A stretch of DNA of 62,966 nucleotides, counting the filler, from Rhabdomonas costata (Eukaryota), in the NCBI GenBank assembly GCA_019059605.1. It is 27 parts of 27 records of this genome, joined end to end, with 100 filler letters (N's around TTAATTAATTAA, not from the genome) between each part and the next. Parts side by side here need not be neighbours in the genome. Positions count along the whole stretch, not along the records: positions 11,697 to 13,933 come from JAHMHO010004632.1; positions 14,034 to 16,270 come from JAHMHO010004633.1; positions 16,371 to 18,607 come from JAHMHO010004634.1; positions 18,708 to 20,944 come from JAHMHO010004635.1; positions 21,045 to 23,280 come from JAHMHO010004636.1; positions 23,381 to 25,617 come from JAHMHO010004637.1; 21 more parts are not named here. The stretch is one strand, 5' to 3'. The notes beneath the pieces were generated by a model that searched no databases, was not told where the DNA came from, and saw only the letters and a list, made by a program, of their open reading frames with translations. Positions 12,950 through 25,617 of the stretch are shown piece after piece. A program made the translations under genes and the position numbers. Position 1 is the first letter of the stretch, and each line of letters begins with the position of its first letter.

Positions 12950-13933
12950 ATGAGTGGCGGCAGTGGTGAGGAGGCTCTGTTTGAGCCCATCGGGGCCGCA
13001 GTGGAGACCTCCGAAATGGGAACCATGTCCACGGAGAGCATGTGCCCGGAGTGCCAGGGGACCGGGGAGACCCGGCTGATGTTGGTCACGATCCCCTTCT
13101 TCAAAGAGGTCATCGTGGCGAGCTTCGAGTGCCGCGACTGTGGGTTCACCAACTCCTCCGTTCAGTTTGGCGGCGCGATTCAGCCCATGGGCTGCGTCCA
13201 GCAGCTGTCCGTGCAGGCATTTTGCTTTCCGTGAAAGCTGCTCTGTGCTTCCCGTCGATATATGATCGGGTTTCCACCCAGACTCTTCCCTTTTGTTGGT
13301 CATCAGAAGTCACTGCACTTTTCCGCGCTGGTGACCATCTTAAGTCCGCCATCCGGGCACGTTCTTATTGCGTACTTATTTCTTGCGAAGACAGTGCTTT
13401 TGTTTTACCGTTTTATCAACACAGGCTCCCGCAGATATGAATCGTCAAGTCGTAAAGAGCGAGTTCTGCACAGTCTCCGTGCCGGAGCTGGAGCTTGAGA
13501 TCCCCTGCAAGCAGGGCGAGATCACCACAGTGGAGGGCATCCTCTCCACGACTTCTTCTGGTTCGCCCAACCCGCATCCTACGCGTGTGGTTCCGCACAA
13601 CACATTCACGGGACACACTGAATTGAGAACGCAGTAAGGACAGAGGAACGGAAATGGAGTGAGAACATTCCTAGTTCCCAGTCTGTGGAACCCAGTCTCT
13701 GGAATTGCAATTCTATTCATTCCCTCCCCGACCTCATTCATTGCCTGCTCGTGTTTGCTGTTCACAGGGCTCTCCATGCAGCAGCCCCTCCGGCGCATCG
13801 AGCATCCTGAGCTGGCCGCGAAGATCGATGACTTCCTCGATCGGCTGCAGAGTTACATGGACGGCACGAAGCCTTTCACAGTTATCCTCCGAGATCCTTC
13901 AGGGAACTCCCATATCCAGAACTACAAAAACCC
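12950..13933 (+). CDS. ZPR1: Zinc finger protein ZPR1, N-terminal part (exons 12950-13216, 13425-13560, 13768-13933)
   Basis: ESMCPECQGTGETRLMLVTIPFFKEVIVASFECRDCGFTN, DMNRQVVKS, GEITTVEG and ILRDPSGNSHIQN. Confidence 0.96.
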
Positions 13934-14189
13934 NNNNNNNNNNNNNNNNNNNNNNNNNNNNNNNNNNNNNNNNNNNNTTAATTAATTAANNNNNNNNNNN
14001 NNNNNNNNNNNNNNNNNNNNNNNNNNNNNNNNNGTGAGGTGTGAAAAATGTTTTAATCTTGTCACACTGCCATGGCATGGAGCCGCAAGGGGCTGGTAGT
14101 TTCTGCCGTTGTCAACAGAGATGCAAGCCGAATTCTGTGACGTGTTAACTTCCACTTGTCCACTGCGACTCCTGCTTTGCTCCCCACAG

Positions 14190-14822
14190 TGGATGGCACA
14201 GTTCTGTGCCAAAAATCCCGAGCTGCTTGGCATAGAGGCACCCCCTGGCGAGGCCACCCCCATGATCGAGGAGGGCCGCTCCACTGCAGGACGCCAGTCC
14301 GGGGCCCTCGTTCCAGCCTCCACCTCCGCCCCGGTGCAGCTCTACGAGCCCCTGCTTCCCAAGGCCGAGGATCTCAAGCCGCTCCGTCGGAAGCGCCGGA
14401 AGTTCGAGATGCAGGTCTGCCGCACCCGGCACCTGCGGCAGTGTAAGCAGCACTACGACGAGGACGACGGCGAGGTCAGCAGAGGGAGCGGGGAGTGGGC
14501 CTCCACCACAGACGGCAGTGGAAGTAGCGGGGATGAGAGCGACCCTGAGGAGCATGTCGACCAGGATCTGGCCACAGTCGGCCGCCTGGAGGACTACCTC
14601 TCCAAGAAGGCGCTGAGGCGGCACAAGGCGGCAGCCGTAGACATTGATGAGGGTCAAGATGAGGAGGATGCCGACGAGGAAGACAGCGAAGACGGCGAAG
14701 ATGAAGATGTGGCTGAAATGGAGGAGGAAGAACCTCATCCCGCCAGGCGGGGGCGCGGCTCTGGGCGGCATGGTGGGCGCGGGCGTGGGGGTGGTGGTGG
14801 CCGCAGGATGCAGCGGCGATGA
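14190..14822 (+). CDS. Terminal exon of an unassigned, probably nucleolar protein (basic patch, acidic tract, RGG tail)
   Basis: CAG acceptor, GC3-rich 210-codon frame with RRKRRK, a D/E tract and GRGRGGGGGRR. Confidence 0.7.
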   Translation, partial: WMAQFCAKNPELLGIEAPPGEATPMIEEGRSTAGRQSGALVPASTSAPVQLYEPLLPKAEDLKPLRRKRRKFEMQVCRTRHLRQCKQHYDEDDGEVSRGSGEWASTTDGSGSSGDESDPEEHVDQDLATVGRLEDYLSKKALRRHKAAAVDIDEGQDEEDADEEDSEDGEDEDVAEMEEEEPHPARRGRGSGRHGGRGRGGGGGRRMQRR

Positions 14823-15958
14823 AGGGTTTGAAGGGAAGGGCCTGACTTTCTCTGGGAATGGGTTCGACGGAACGGCTGGCTGGTCCACAAACAATTTTGC
14901 CCACCAGTTAGTGTCTGACTAAAAAGCCCGCCTTAATAAACGGAGGCCCGTATGGCCTTCACACAGCTAGTGCCTGACCCAGCATTTGGTGTCAACGGGA
15001 AACTTCATAATGCCCACATCACCTCAAAAGCAAGAATGTTTTTTTCGCTTTACATTGAAGTTTACGACTTCAGATGTCAAGAGCGAAAATGCGGTAGACA
15101 AAAAGACTTTTTCGCTTCCATACCGCCGGAAAGAACAGTGCAATTTCGTTTTTTCGAGGCGGAGCATATCTGTTATTAGTAGGTTTTGATGCCCCGATGT
15201 GTTCTATTGATTGTCCCAGATCTCTACCATTCTGTTTCAGTGGATTTTTCAGCCCGTCGTGCCAGACGTCTACTCCTTCCCTGGCCTTTGTGTTGTGCCC
15301 GCAGAGTTGGATGTGCCCCCCTTTGCCTTTCTTGCCTGACCTCTGACTGTGCAGAGTGCCTGCAGCAATGACTTTAGCTGTCTGCCTTCTGACAGGTTGC
15401 TTTTGTTCTCGTTTGCGGTCCGGCAGAGCGCAAGGCTTGCCCTTTTCCCCTTGCACTGCATACCTTCACCACAACTCCATGCGGCGGTCCACGCACCGTT
15501 CCCAATCATTATTGAGTAGTTGTTCCCTATCGTTCTCGACTCGTGGATCGACTCGTGATGGTCCACTTTTAGTTGTTGGTGGCGCCAAGGGCCGGTTTTT
15601 ATTGGGGGGGGGGACTTTCCTGTTGATGTTATTAGATTGACTTATGTTTTCCGGTCGTTTGTGCACTTGTGCTCGTGCTTGTGCTGTCCGTTTTTGAAAT
15701 GGATCCTTGTCGTGCACATCAGGTCTTCTCTGCTTTCTCTCGTCGCTTTTTGCTGCTTTTGCATAAGAATTAAAAAGCAGCGGCGACAAAAACTGACACA
15801 CAGAAGCGACACCATGCTGATTGAGTGCCGATTCAAATTCTTATGCAATAGAGAGAGATAGAAAATGTGGGAGGGAAAACGTAAGGAAGTGAGCGAACAA
15901 GGGAAGTGAGCGCTTCCAGAGAGTGCGTGGAGGAAAACATAAAATAGCGAAGAAAGAC

Positions 15959-16090
15959 CTCGGTCCTGTTGCGCGAGGCCAGGGCCTCAGCGCCGGGCAG
16001 GATCACCCTGTGGAGGTCCGAGGTGGCATCCAGGGCGATGGCCTTGCCCCCGTACTGGGCGAGATTCACCGCATGGCTCGCCTTTGGCAC
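15959..16090 (-). CDS. Internal exon of an unknown protein
   Basis: AG/GT-bounded 132-nt GC3-rich frame VPKASHAVNLAQYGGKAIALDATSDLHRVILPGAEALASRNRTE. Confidence 0.5.
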
Positions 16091-16672
16091 CTTCGAAGAT
16101 TTGGGAAGGGAGAAAAAATAGCGCCGAGGAAGGCAAGGGAAAATTATGGAGGGGTTCAGTGAGGGCACAGCCCCCCGCTCAACTTGAACCTTTCAACCTT
16201 TTTTTTTGGGAGCCAGCATGTCAAAAAGTCCCCAACGGCGCTTTGGAAATGTTTGTGTTGACAAACCCACNNNNNNNNNNNNNNNNNNNNNNNNNNNNNN
16301 NNNNNNNNNNNNNNTTAATTAATTAANNNNNNNNNNNNNNNNNNNNNNNNNNNNNNNNNNNNNNNNNNNNTGTGGGGTTTTTTCCCCGCAGAAAGGACTA
16401 GAACAAAGTGTGAGATCTGAGCATGTGGACCTCGAGCCTTCTCAGATTCACCGGGCCGGGCCAAGTGCACCAAGTGTATATAATGTGCCCATGTCCTGGG
16501 GGATCGGCAGCAGCGGCTTCCTAACTCGTTGTCCCCTCGCTGTGGAGAACGCACTTGAATGAGACTCGAAGCTTTGAAGCTTTGTGTTCCAGTGGCAAGG
16601 AAAGCTGCGTTGACCCAGCCGTCTTGGTCTCTGTCAATGCCTTGTTCTTGTATTCTGGTTGCTTCTCCTCAG

Positions 16673-17506
16673 CGGATGCAAGCTGCGGCGGGAACTGCAT
16701 TAGCGACGTCTGCTCGACGTGCTGGTGTGGGTACTCCCCAAGGCCGGTACACCAGTCGTACTACTGCAACCTGTACTCGGACTGGTCCCAGAGATGCTGA
16801 GGTGCTGTGAGGTGGGCTCTGGGTTGTTGATGGATGAAGTTGGGCAAGCACGTAATTCAACGAGCTTGATAACATGATTCTGATGTGTTTGAGGCTGTTG
16901 TATTTTGCTATTTTAAATAGCCTCCAAACTACAAAACAACGCAGAGTTCTAACTAAGTGTCTGTATGATGTACTTTGGCACACAACATAGCGAAATCCCA
17001 GGTTACCTGTTTAATCAACCCAAGCCAGCGGTTGTCGGACATCATGAAAACACTCCAAATCGGAATTCGTCACGCACCCTTTTCTTGCTTTCGGGGTTCC
17101 ACTGGGATTATTGTTTTTTGTCAGCCCTCGACGAGCATCATGACTTCTCTGAGGTCGTCCTCGTCGTGCTGTCGTCTTTCGTGGCGGTGCTTCATGGTGG
17201 TTCATGACACTGATTGGAACTCTGGACTTACTCTCGCCGGTTCCTGTGGCATTTCTTGTTTTGCGTCAGTGCATTAGCAGCGAGGCGGCGGGCAGCGCCA
17301 ACGCGATGCAGGACCTGGACCGTCTCAACCACAAGATGAACATCGGGCTCTTCACGATCAACGAGGACTACTGGGACCTCAGCGGGGGCTCCGCGCCATG
17401 CGACCCCCTCGTGAACACCCAGGTGGCACACCAGATGTGGGCGAAAAACGGCAACTGGAAACCCTGGTCCCGCAGCTGGACATGCGGCTGCAGCAGCTCG
17501 CCCTAG
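16673..17506 (+). pseudogene. Protist lysozyme-like (SLT/lysozyme fold, Cys-rich) gene, apparently disrupted
   Basis: SCGGNC...C..C.CG...YCNLYSDWSQRC and CISSEAAGSANA...IGLFTINEDYW..SGGSAPCDP..N...A...W...GNWKPWS..CGC; in-frame TGA at 16798-16800. Confidence 0.65.
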
Positions 17507-17726
17507 AAGCAGTGAGCATCCTTCCTGCTTGACGTTCTCAATCCTCTCCCTTCTTCACCTTCCATCTCTTCTCCGCTGCCGGCACGTTTTTGTTTGGGTG
17601 GGGCACATCGGCTTTTCTTTCTTTTCGAGAGGGCGTCCTTTTGCCACGCTGAATTTCTCATCGGCCTGTCTCCTCGTGCTCTGGTTCTGGACCGAGTGGC
17701 TTGTGCTTCTTGCATCTCTGGTTCAA

Positions 17727-18064
17727 GCAGTACCGCCCCATCCGGGAAGTACGTGTTGCCCAAGGCGATTCCCCGGTGGCCCTTCTCCCAGAGTGGAAAG
17801 CCGACCACGGGATGATGTTCCCCTCCCGGATGTCCGACATGAAGCTGCAAATGAGCGCCTTCACCAAGAACCTGCTGGACGCCGTGGCTGCCAACTCCGA
17901 GCTCTCCAGTGGGTCGACTCGAAGGTCATCCACTCGCAGCTCACCCTCCCGTTCCGTTCAACAAGGTCCACCGGTGATCCGTGAAAATTGACTCCACGGT
18001 GGGGAAGCCCTTCTTGATGAACTGGAAGTTGAACTTGCTGTCCGTCGTGCATCTCGCTCGCTGA
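17727..18064 (+). pseudogene. Coding-like but frameshifted ORF remnant
   Basis: GC3-rich codon pattern shifts frame at least twice and contains an internal TGA. Confidence 0.35.
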
Positions 18065-18339
18065 CGGCGGCGTCCTCGGGTCCCGGTTCCCCGCCCAAGC
18101 GCCGTCGGCGCTCGCCTCCTACTCCCCACGGGACCAAGCGGTCACTCGCCCTCCAGAAGGATCCCGTCACGCTCGTGTGCCATCGTTCGCCTTCAGCAAA
18201 CAAAACCAGAAAAATTCCGGTGGGTTCACGTGTCCGTAGAGAGCTGGGTTCACAACAGAAATTCAGCTAAATATGGCAGGCTCAGTGACGGTTCCAGGGC
18301 CTTCCCGGACTTCCCAGCTTGGACATCCCGAGGGATGTC

Positions 18340-18607
18340 AGATGAAACACAAACAGCAAATACCGCAACAGAAATTGCGCACACGGAAATTCAACACACA
18401 GTCACCAATCCAGCCAAAGTCACGACAACCCCACAACCAAACACCTGACACCAAGACTCTACCAAACCTACAGCACCACCACTCCGACCACCACACCCCA
18501 CACCCCACACCAGGACCAAGAAAACGAACAGTGAGACCAACACCAGGACCAGGACCCAGACACCCAAACCGTGACCACCACCAAAATCCACAGACCCACA
18601 CCAACCC
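18340..18607. other. C/A-rich low-complexity tail, probable WGA primer concatemer (G/T-rich counterparts at about 1-340 and 42062-42260)
   Basis: Strongly strand-skewed mosaic sequence abutting the contig end. Confidence 0.65.
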
Positions 18608-18707
18608 NNNNNNNNNNNNNNNNNNNNNNNNNNNNNNNNNNNNNNNNNNNNTTAATTAATTAANNNNNNNNNNNNNNNNNNNNNNNNNNNNNNNNNNNNN
18701 NNNNNNN

Positions 18708-18887
18708 GGGGGGTGGAGCGGGGAGAAACGCGGGTACCGTGGCGTTGAGCATAACCATCGCCACCGAGGCCGGGGTCGCGGGCAGGGTCACGGTGGTCAG
18801 GGCAGGGGAGCCTGAGGTGGAGAAGTCCAGAAAGGTTAGCAGGTTTGGGGTCACAAAGTACGCCGCGAGCTGCAGGGTGTAATCCAC
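18708..18887 (-). CDS. Exon of an unknown protein running off the contig end
   Basis: CAG acceptor, then GC3-rich frame VDYTLQLAAYFVTPNLLTFLDFSTSG... Confidence 0.4.
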
Positions 18888-21800
18888 CTGAAGGGCCATC
18901 GCAACATAAGATGGAACAACACTCTGGCCTCTTTCTTGAAACAACGACTCAAACTCAGATGGAAAACTATTCGATCAATCTTTTTGATCACGCCGATCAT
19001 ATCAACCGACGAAACGTCAACTGAGCACAGTCAATTTTATCATAATTTAACATAAGAACGCTATGCAAGAAGCATCCGTGGGCAAGCGACTCACGCTAAC
19101 TTACATACGTCAGGTTGCAGAGAGTTAACACGTCCAGAAAAACACGCATACTGAGAAACAATCAGCATATGTCATGCCCTCTTGAAAGCTCGCGATAATT
19201 CCCGTCCTTTACAGGCATTCAAACCGGCGACCTGCGAGGGGTGTGATGTGCTTGCTTGAGAAAGGGGCACACATACCGCCATTTGCGAAGTGAGGCAGCC
19301 CGAGCAAGGAAAGGCCAGACATTGGGCCGCTGCAGCCGACGAAGGCAAGGCAGCACCGCGGTTTATCAGGCAAACTTTGTCCTTGCTTGAACTGAGAAAA
19401 ACAGTAGAGCAAAGCAGAGCAGAGAAGGCAGAGCCCACCCACGCACCCACGGCTTGTATATAGCTCCTTCCTTTCCCTCTTTTGTGTGTGGGGTGACTCC
19501 GGATGAGTACCGGCGAAGTCTACCATCAAGTTCACCGCGTTGATGTCCTTGGACGTTGTGAATTGTCAGCCCGAAAATTAACCATGAAGGATGGTTGGAT
19601 ACGATACCTTGAATTGCCCTTCCTCTTTCGCCTTTCTTTTTTTGAGTGCCCGCCCTTATAACCAGGGCCCGCCCCTCCGCATACAGAGCATACAGAGGGA
19701 ACAGGAAACTTCGAGGTCGCCGACGCGGCGAACTGAATTCTTTTTTAGGGCTTGAGGAGGGATGCAGAGAGTTTGGAATGCAGTAAGGGCTGGTGTGGGG
19801 GAGGGGGGATGCCTTGCTTCCATGACAAAACTCAATTTTAAAAGGTTGTCATCTCTGGAATAGTGGCGTTAAGTTGAGGTGAAAACTTCTCCAGGTCCCC
19901 CCCCTCCTGATGGGCTCTTCTAAAGACATTCCCCCTCCTCATCAATGGACAACAACGCACAAGTCCCGATGGGACATGCTGCCCTTAAAGTTTCGGATCT
20001 GCATTCATTGTATCTCGGTGTGTGTGTCTACCACAAGTGTGTCTAAGCAAGCCTACACAAGTTGCATATTGCAAGGAATGTTCAAAATGCGTGGGTGAGC
20101 CTTCCAAAACGGGAACGGCTATCTAATTGCTCATCCGAAAAGCGCAGGACTCACCGCGCGCCCATCCAGGTGGGACATCCGGCAGCCCATTCTTCGAGTG
20201 TGGGCACGGAAGAGGCCATTGCGAGGTGCCTCTTGGCCATAGATGAGGCCGAGGAGTGGGCGAGCATCTTTTCGTGGTCCCTGATCGCGGCATCCATTAG
20301 TCCTGGTATCTCCACACTCCACGGGGCGGGAAGCGCGGGGTCCAATCTCCACACTCCACAGGATGAGATGCGCGGTGAACTCAGCCACCGCCAATTCCCA
20401 CTACCGTTACGCCATGTACTGGACACAGACATGCGCTTGCATGTGAGAATCCCTGAAGTTTGGTGACTGAATTTCCTTGCTAGCTCAATACCGTAGCGTT
20501 CACTACGAGGAATTCAGGACAAAAAGGCCACAGTCGTGGCGATGAAAAGAATGCACACCCTCCTCCGAACTCCTGAACTCCTGAACTCCTGACGAAAAAG
20601 CTTGGTACCGCCCCCCCCCTCCTCACTGGTGTCTTTGGAAGCCTCACTGCGTGCTTTAAAGGCAGAAAGAAACTCGACTTGAGAGATTCGAAGAAAAACC
20701 TGAAGCTCCTTCGCACCCCCATTTTTTTCCGTTATCGCTTCTCGTGTCTCTCTTTTTTACTAGAGGGTCGCTTCCTTCGTGTGGCTGTGTCCACCTTCTT
20801 TGGGGTTCGCTCCTTCAGGGGTACACCGCGGAGGGTTGAATGCCGCTCCGCGAAGCTCTGTGCATCACACTTCGCCCATGGCCGGCCTGTACCGTTTGCA
20901 CCGTTGAGGCAGCCGTTGCTGCTGACCCGAAGTCCCCCCCCCCTNNNNNNNNNNNNNNNNNNNNNNNNNNNNNNNNNNNNNNNNNNNNTTAATTAATTAA
21001 NNNNNNNNNNNNNNNNNNNNNNNNNNNNNNNNNNNNNNNNNNNNTGTGGGGAAGAGAAACCCACCGCACATAACGGAAAGAGCAGTAGGGCCCGAACGAT
21101 CAGTACAGTATTTGCGCTCACCTCATCCCAAAAAAGGCGGTGGAGATTCCGCCAATACCGCTTTCTGCTGCACCCCTCCCTGCACCCCTCAATATTACAC
21201 CCTCCCGAAGTGTGCTTTCCCGCAGTCGAGCTCTGCACCCGTTTCCGCTACCTTCCGGCGTGTCATCTCTTTTTTTGTTCCGTGCGTGTTGATTGCCGTT
21301 TGCCGTTTGCCGTTTGCTGTTTGCTGTTTGCTGTTTGCACGTGGACCTTTCGCTGAACTGTGGTGTCTTGTGAAATTTAAAAAATAACGCTTTCAATGTT
21401 CGGCAAAAGAGCACAGCCTCAGAAGGCATGCCAGAACAGTGCAATTGCAAGACAATGAAAGCCGGTTAAAAAAAAGAAGTTCGTGGTAAGGACCCCACCC
21501 TATTGAGACACGTGGAAGGAAGAGAGAGTGGAGAAATCCAGTTGTAGACGGGAGGAATGGAAAAGCCGTCGATGTGGAAACATCTGGCAGATAATATGGG
21601 AGCAACTGAAGAAGATAGAGCCCCCAAAAGGAGAAAATAGCTTTGATTCCCAGACTCCCATGAGGGCGACAACCAATTGAAACAACACTACACCAGTAAC
21701 ATTCAGGATGTTCGTTGTACATTACACAAGCAATAGAACCAGATGTATGTGATGGTCTGTCGTTTCGAGTGGCCTTCAGCCAGCCCTTCCTCATTGTCAT

Positions 21801-24010
21801 CGAGTTGATCAAAACAACAAAAATACCGTCCACGAAGAGATGTAGTGGAATTCACGGAAGGAACACGAATGTTGCCGTAGAGCTCGTCTGACCTGCCGCC
21901 TCACCTATGGTCCCGCAGAGCATAAAATATACCAGTGAACAACCAGTGGCACCACCGCAGTACCCCGCGCGGCTATTTTGATTGGGTGGAGGTTTTATAA
22001 CGTGGTACTTCAGTAGACATGCCAACGATTCCTTTTTCCCAATCCTACTCTGAGGTCCACGCTTCCTCTGGAACAGCATAGAACCTGTGCTTCCAAGGGC
22101 AGTGTTACGTAGAATTTCGCCGTGGAGAAGGGACGGCTGCTGTCCTCAACCGCTTGGGAGTCAAATGAGGTGAACGTTCGGCTCACTGGAGACGGCCCCT
22201 GCCCCACGGCGTCACAGCTGCGGACAATAGGCCAAAGCAGAGAGGAGCTATGCACAACAGGAAGAGGGCAACGCGTCCAGGAAGAGGCACGAGCGCGGGT
22301 TGCGGTGCAAAGATATTGCGTACGACCACATTTCCTTCGAAACCCTTAGTTTGCTTTGCAAACTTCTGTTTCGCACGCGCAAAGTCAAATCTCTTTACAT
22401 GGCCACTGACCCTGGTCAGCGTACAGCACAGTACAGCACAGTGCCGTGGCTCTGCATCGCTTCTATAGGGCGAAGTGGGGTGGGGAGGGTTCCAGAACAC
22501 ACGCAGTTGGAGTAAAGGAACAAGGGGTGCTGTGCAGGAGGGAAAGTATGTGCAAAGCATCAGTTTTCACACCGCAAGCACCAGTAAACAGCACGGAAAA
22601 CACCTCCACGGGATACAGGAGGCGTCGATCCGGCGTTCAAAGCGATCGAGAGCTTTCGCACATTGTAGACAATGAATTCGGGTGAGTGGGCGGGCGAGCA
22701 CCAACCAAATGTTCGAAATTAACGTACTTCAAAAAAAGGTCACAGAAAGGGACACGATTTTCAAAGGTTTTTACAATTAGAGCTGACATTGTATGCGTTG
22801 TGTGGCTGTCACGGCACCTGTGAAGGACAGTGGTCATGGAAGGTACGGGGCCTCCAAGGTATCCGTCAAGCGGGAGCGCCTGGGTGCCGATATCCTTAGC
22901 GAGCCACGGGTAGGACTGCGCTATCAAAGGCTGCGAGTAAAAGTCCGAGCCGCAACCAAAAAGCTATCCTAGAAAGACAAAATGCGCGTGACATCACTCT
23001 TTCACAATGGTTGTGGCGTCCAGGCAAATAGAGCTGTAATGTCAGGAGAATTCTGAGCTTTACTCCTCTGATTTTGCGCTTGCGTTTGATTTGGGTTTCC
23101 CAGAAACCCCCACCCGCCCCGCGCTGTGTTGGTGAACCTCAAAAAAGCTCAAAAAAGCCTCCGCGGAAACTCACCAGGCTTTCGAGAAAATCATGTTTTT
23201 CGTTGGTCTTCATGTTTCAAAGTAGGTTGCAACACGAACGAGCAATTAATCGCTGGATTCGGAGACTAAAACCAAAACAANNNNNNNNNNNNNNNNNNNN
23301 NNNNNNNNNNNNNNNNNNNNNNNNTTAATTAATTAANNNNNNNNNNNNNNNNNNNNNNNNNNNNNNNNNNNNNNNNNNNNGGTGGTGGTTGGGGGGTTGG
23401 GTAGGGGTGTAATGGGTTTGCAGGCGTCCATCCCCACCTCGGCACCACAACACGTTAGGCATGGACGCCTGCAAACCCATTACACCCCTACCCAATCTCG
23501 CGCAATCGTTTGCTATTTGGAAGGGGGCAACGAACGTTTAGCAATGCAAAACAATGTTGGATTTTACGAATTTTTCACACGCTATACAATTGTTGCCGGA
23601 ATGAGGCAGTGCAACGGAACAGTATTAGTTAAGGGGCGGCCGAAGCAAGCGCATGCATTGGCGCATGCCATGCGGTGGGCGATGCTTCCTTTAGTGCTGC
23701 TGGACGCTCCCTCTGTTTCACGGGCGCTGCAATTTGCTGTAACGTTGGAGGTGGAGGCAATTGCTGGGAGAAGACTATTTCGCCGAGGCAGTTCTAGTCC
23801 CAGGAGCCATTTCTTGGAATGTGTGTAATCTGAAAAATTTTCGATGAGACCTTTGAAATCTCTTTATCGCGGGTTCTTCTCTCCCTAAAATCTGATGAAT
23901 AAAAAAGCTTCGCCCCTCCAGCTTGTGGCGTTCTCTGTGAATTATGCACAGTTTGCCGAAAGTGGGAACCAAAGAAAAGGGGAGCGACGGGAGGAGAGGA
24001 AATCCGAGTT

Positions 24011-25617
24011 CTACGTCAAAACCACCGCCAAGGGCCCCTCGAAGGTGAATCCCCCGAACAGAAAGAGCTGCCCCTGGAACGGCTGCAGTGCCATCGCGGA
24101 GCGGCTGGAGAAAGGGGCCGCGGCCAGGCTCCACTGGCGGCCATCCGCAGTGCTCCAAACCTGTGGGTTGTGAATGGGATGGGAGCAGAGTACCACGGGT
24201 GAGTGCAGGAAGAGAACATTGCATTCTCGGATGCGCTCAGCTAAGGTGGGCATGCCTCGAAGACAGAAGGGTTGGGGGCAGGGAGAAACTCCATTTTGAG
24301 TTACTGTCTACGGTCTCTCCCTTCCATACACTATTGTCGTATTGGCATCTAAATACGTAACCCTAACTGCTATCTCCCACCTCTCCGCACAACAGATGCT
24401 GCAGATGTTGCGCCTTCAGGCTAAGCCCATGAGGGCATGCGACTCACACGTTTGCGCCAACACTTCTGGAGCACATTTCTCAGTCTTCAGTCATGCTCGG
24501 TGCTGCTGCGGTTCCGATGCGGAGGTCACCTTTCCGCGCCGTGCACATACTCAAGCAGTGGCCAAGCTGCCGATCCATTTGACGATCATGCATTTACATC
24601 CTCCCCGGGCGGTTTGTACGCCAAGTACAGCCGCATCAAAGACCCCATCGCTTTGGAAGCCCAGCTGATTGGCAAGCAAGTGCATCAAGAGAAGCCACCT
24701 CCTCCAGGCTGCAGCTCTAGACCCGTCCTTCAATTCTCCCGACTTCTCGGTCGGGATCCTCCTCGCGGAGGCAACGACGATACCATCGTTATGCAAATAC
24801 AAACACCGAGCAATTGCTGTTGGCCCCAACCCCACGGTGGTGCACCCTGTGCATCCTTCCGCCCACATGGAAGGACAACCCGGGCGCGGCCCCAGCAAAG
24901 GCGGACGAGCAGATGCGGTCTTGGCGGGGTGCGCAAGTGCCTCAGCCCCTCTCCAATGAATGGGAGACATTTCGTCCCATGAGTGTCACCCTCCCCCAAC
25001 TCCTGCCACTCGAGTCCTTTTCGTTTTGTTTTTTCTTTCTATCTTATGTCGGAGTTGCTCTTTCGTCTCACCCGAAACAAAAGGTCAAAGGGGGACCACC
25101 TCAGTTGAAACAGAACCTGTCGCGTCTTCTTGCACATTTTTTCCAGGGTCCACACTCTTCACCTGTTTACCCCTTCTTCCTTCCTGTGATTTCTCCCAGT
25201 GCTCGGTAGCTAAAGGCAAGCCGCTCTCACGGGGCGTGCTTCTAGCTACCCGGAAAAATAAAAAGAACACGGAGAAAACGTGAACACGTACGTCGGAAAG
25301 CGATTGCACGTTGCGCTCCACCATTCCGCCGGCGATCCAGATTCGGCCCTGGAACGTCGTGACCCCCATTCCGCATCGCGGAGAAAACGGCGCTCGGTCA
25401 ACCACTTTGCTCCACGTGCCCCGCAAGGGATCGGAGGTCCGCCATACGTCGCTGAACGTGGTGAACACCCCGCACCCTCCCAGCAGCCACAGCTCCCCTC
25501 GGAAGGTCACCAGCCCAATGCGCTCCCTGGCGGAGAAGCCGCCATCCCGGCCAGGGCTCCACTTATGCGCATCAGAGCTCACCCATATGCTGCGGATGGG
25601 GAACCACTTCTTGTAGC
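24011..25617 (-). CDS. Kelch-like beta-propeller repeat protein, partial (exons ~25617-25292, 24160-24011)
   Basis: Three repeats of DVW.S.D...W......F S.R.....F.G.LW..GG; splicing gives SD|VWSTADG. Confidence 0.8.
25056..25110. repeat. Dispersed repeat, copy 1 (copy 2 at 51976-52029)
   Basis: 26-nt exact match TGCTCTTTCGTCTCACCCGAAACAAA plus a shared downstream TCAGTTGAAA on two different contigs. Confidence 0.8.

Noticed and set aside
16798-16800. TGA reassigned to Cys/Sec/Trp
   Set aside because: Read-through does not restore phase with the next exon; TGA, TAA and TAG all terminate other genes here, and no conserved gene has an in-frame stop
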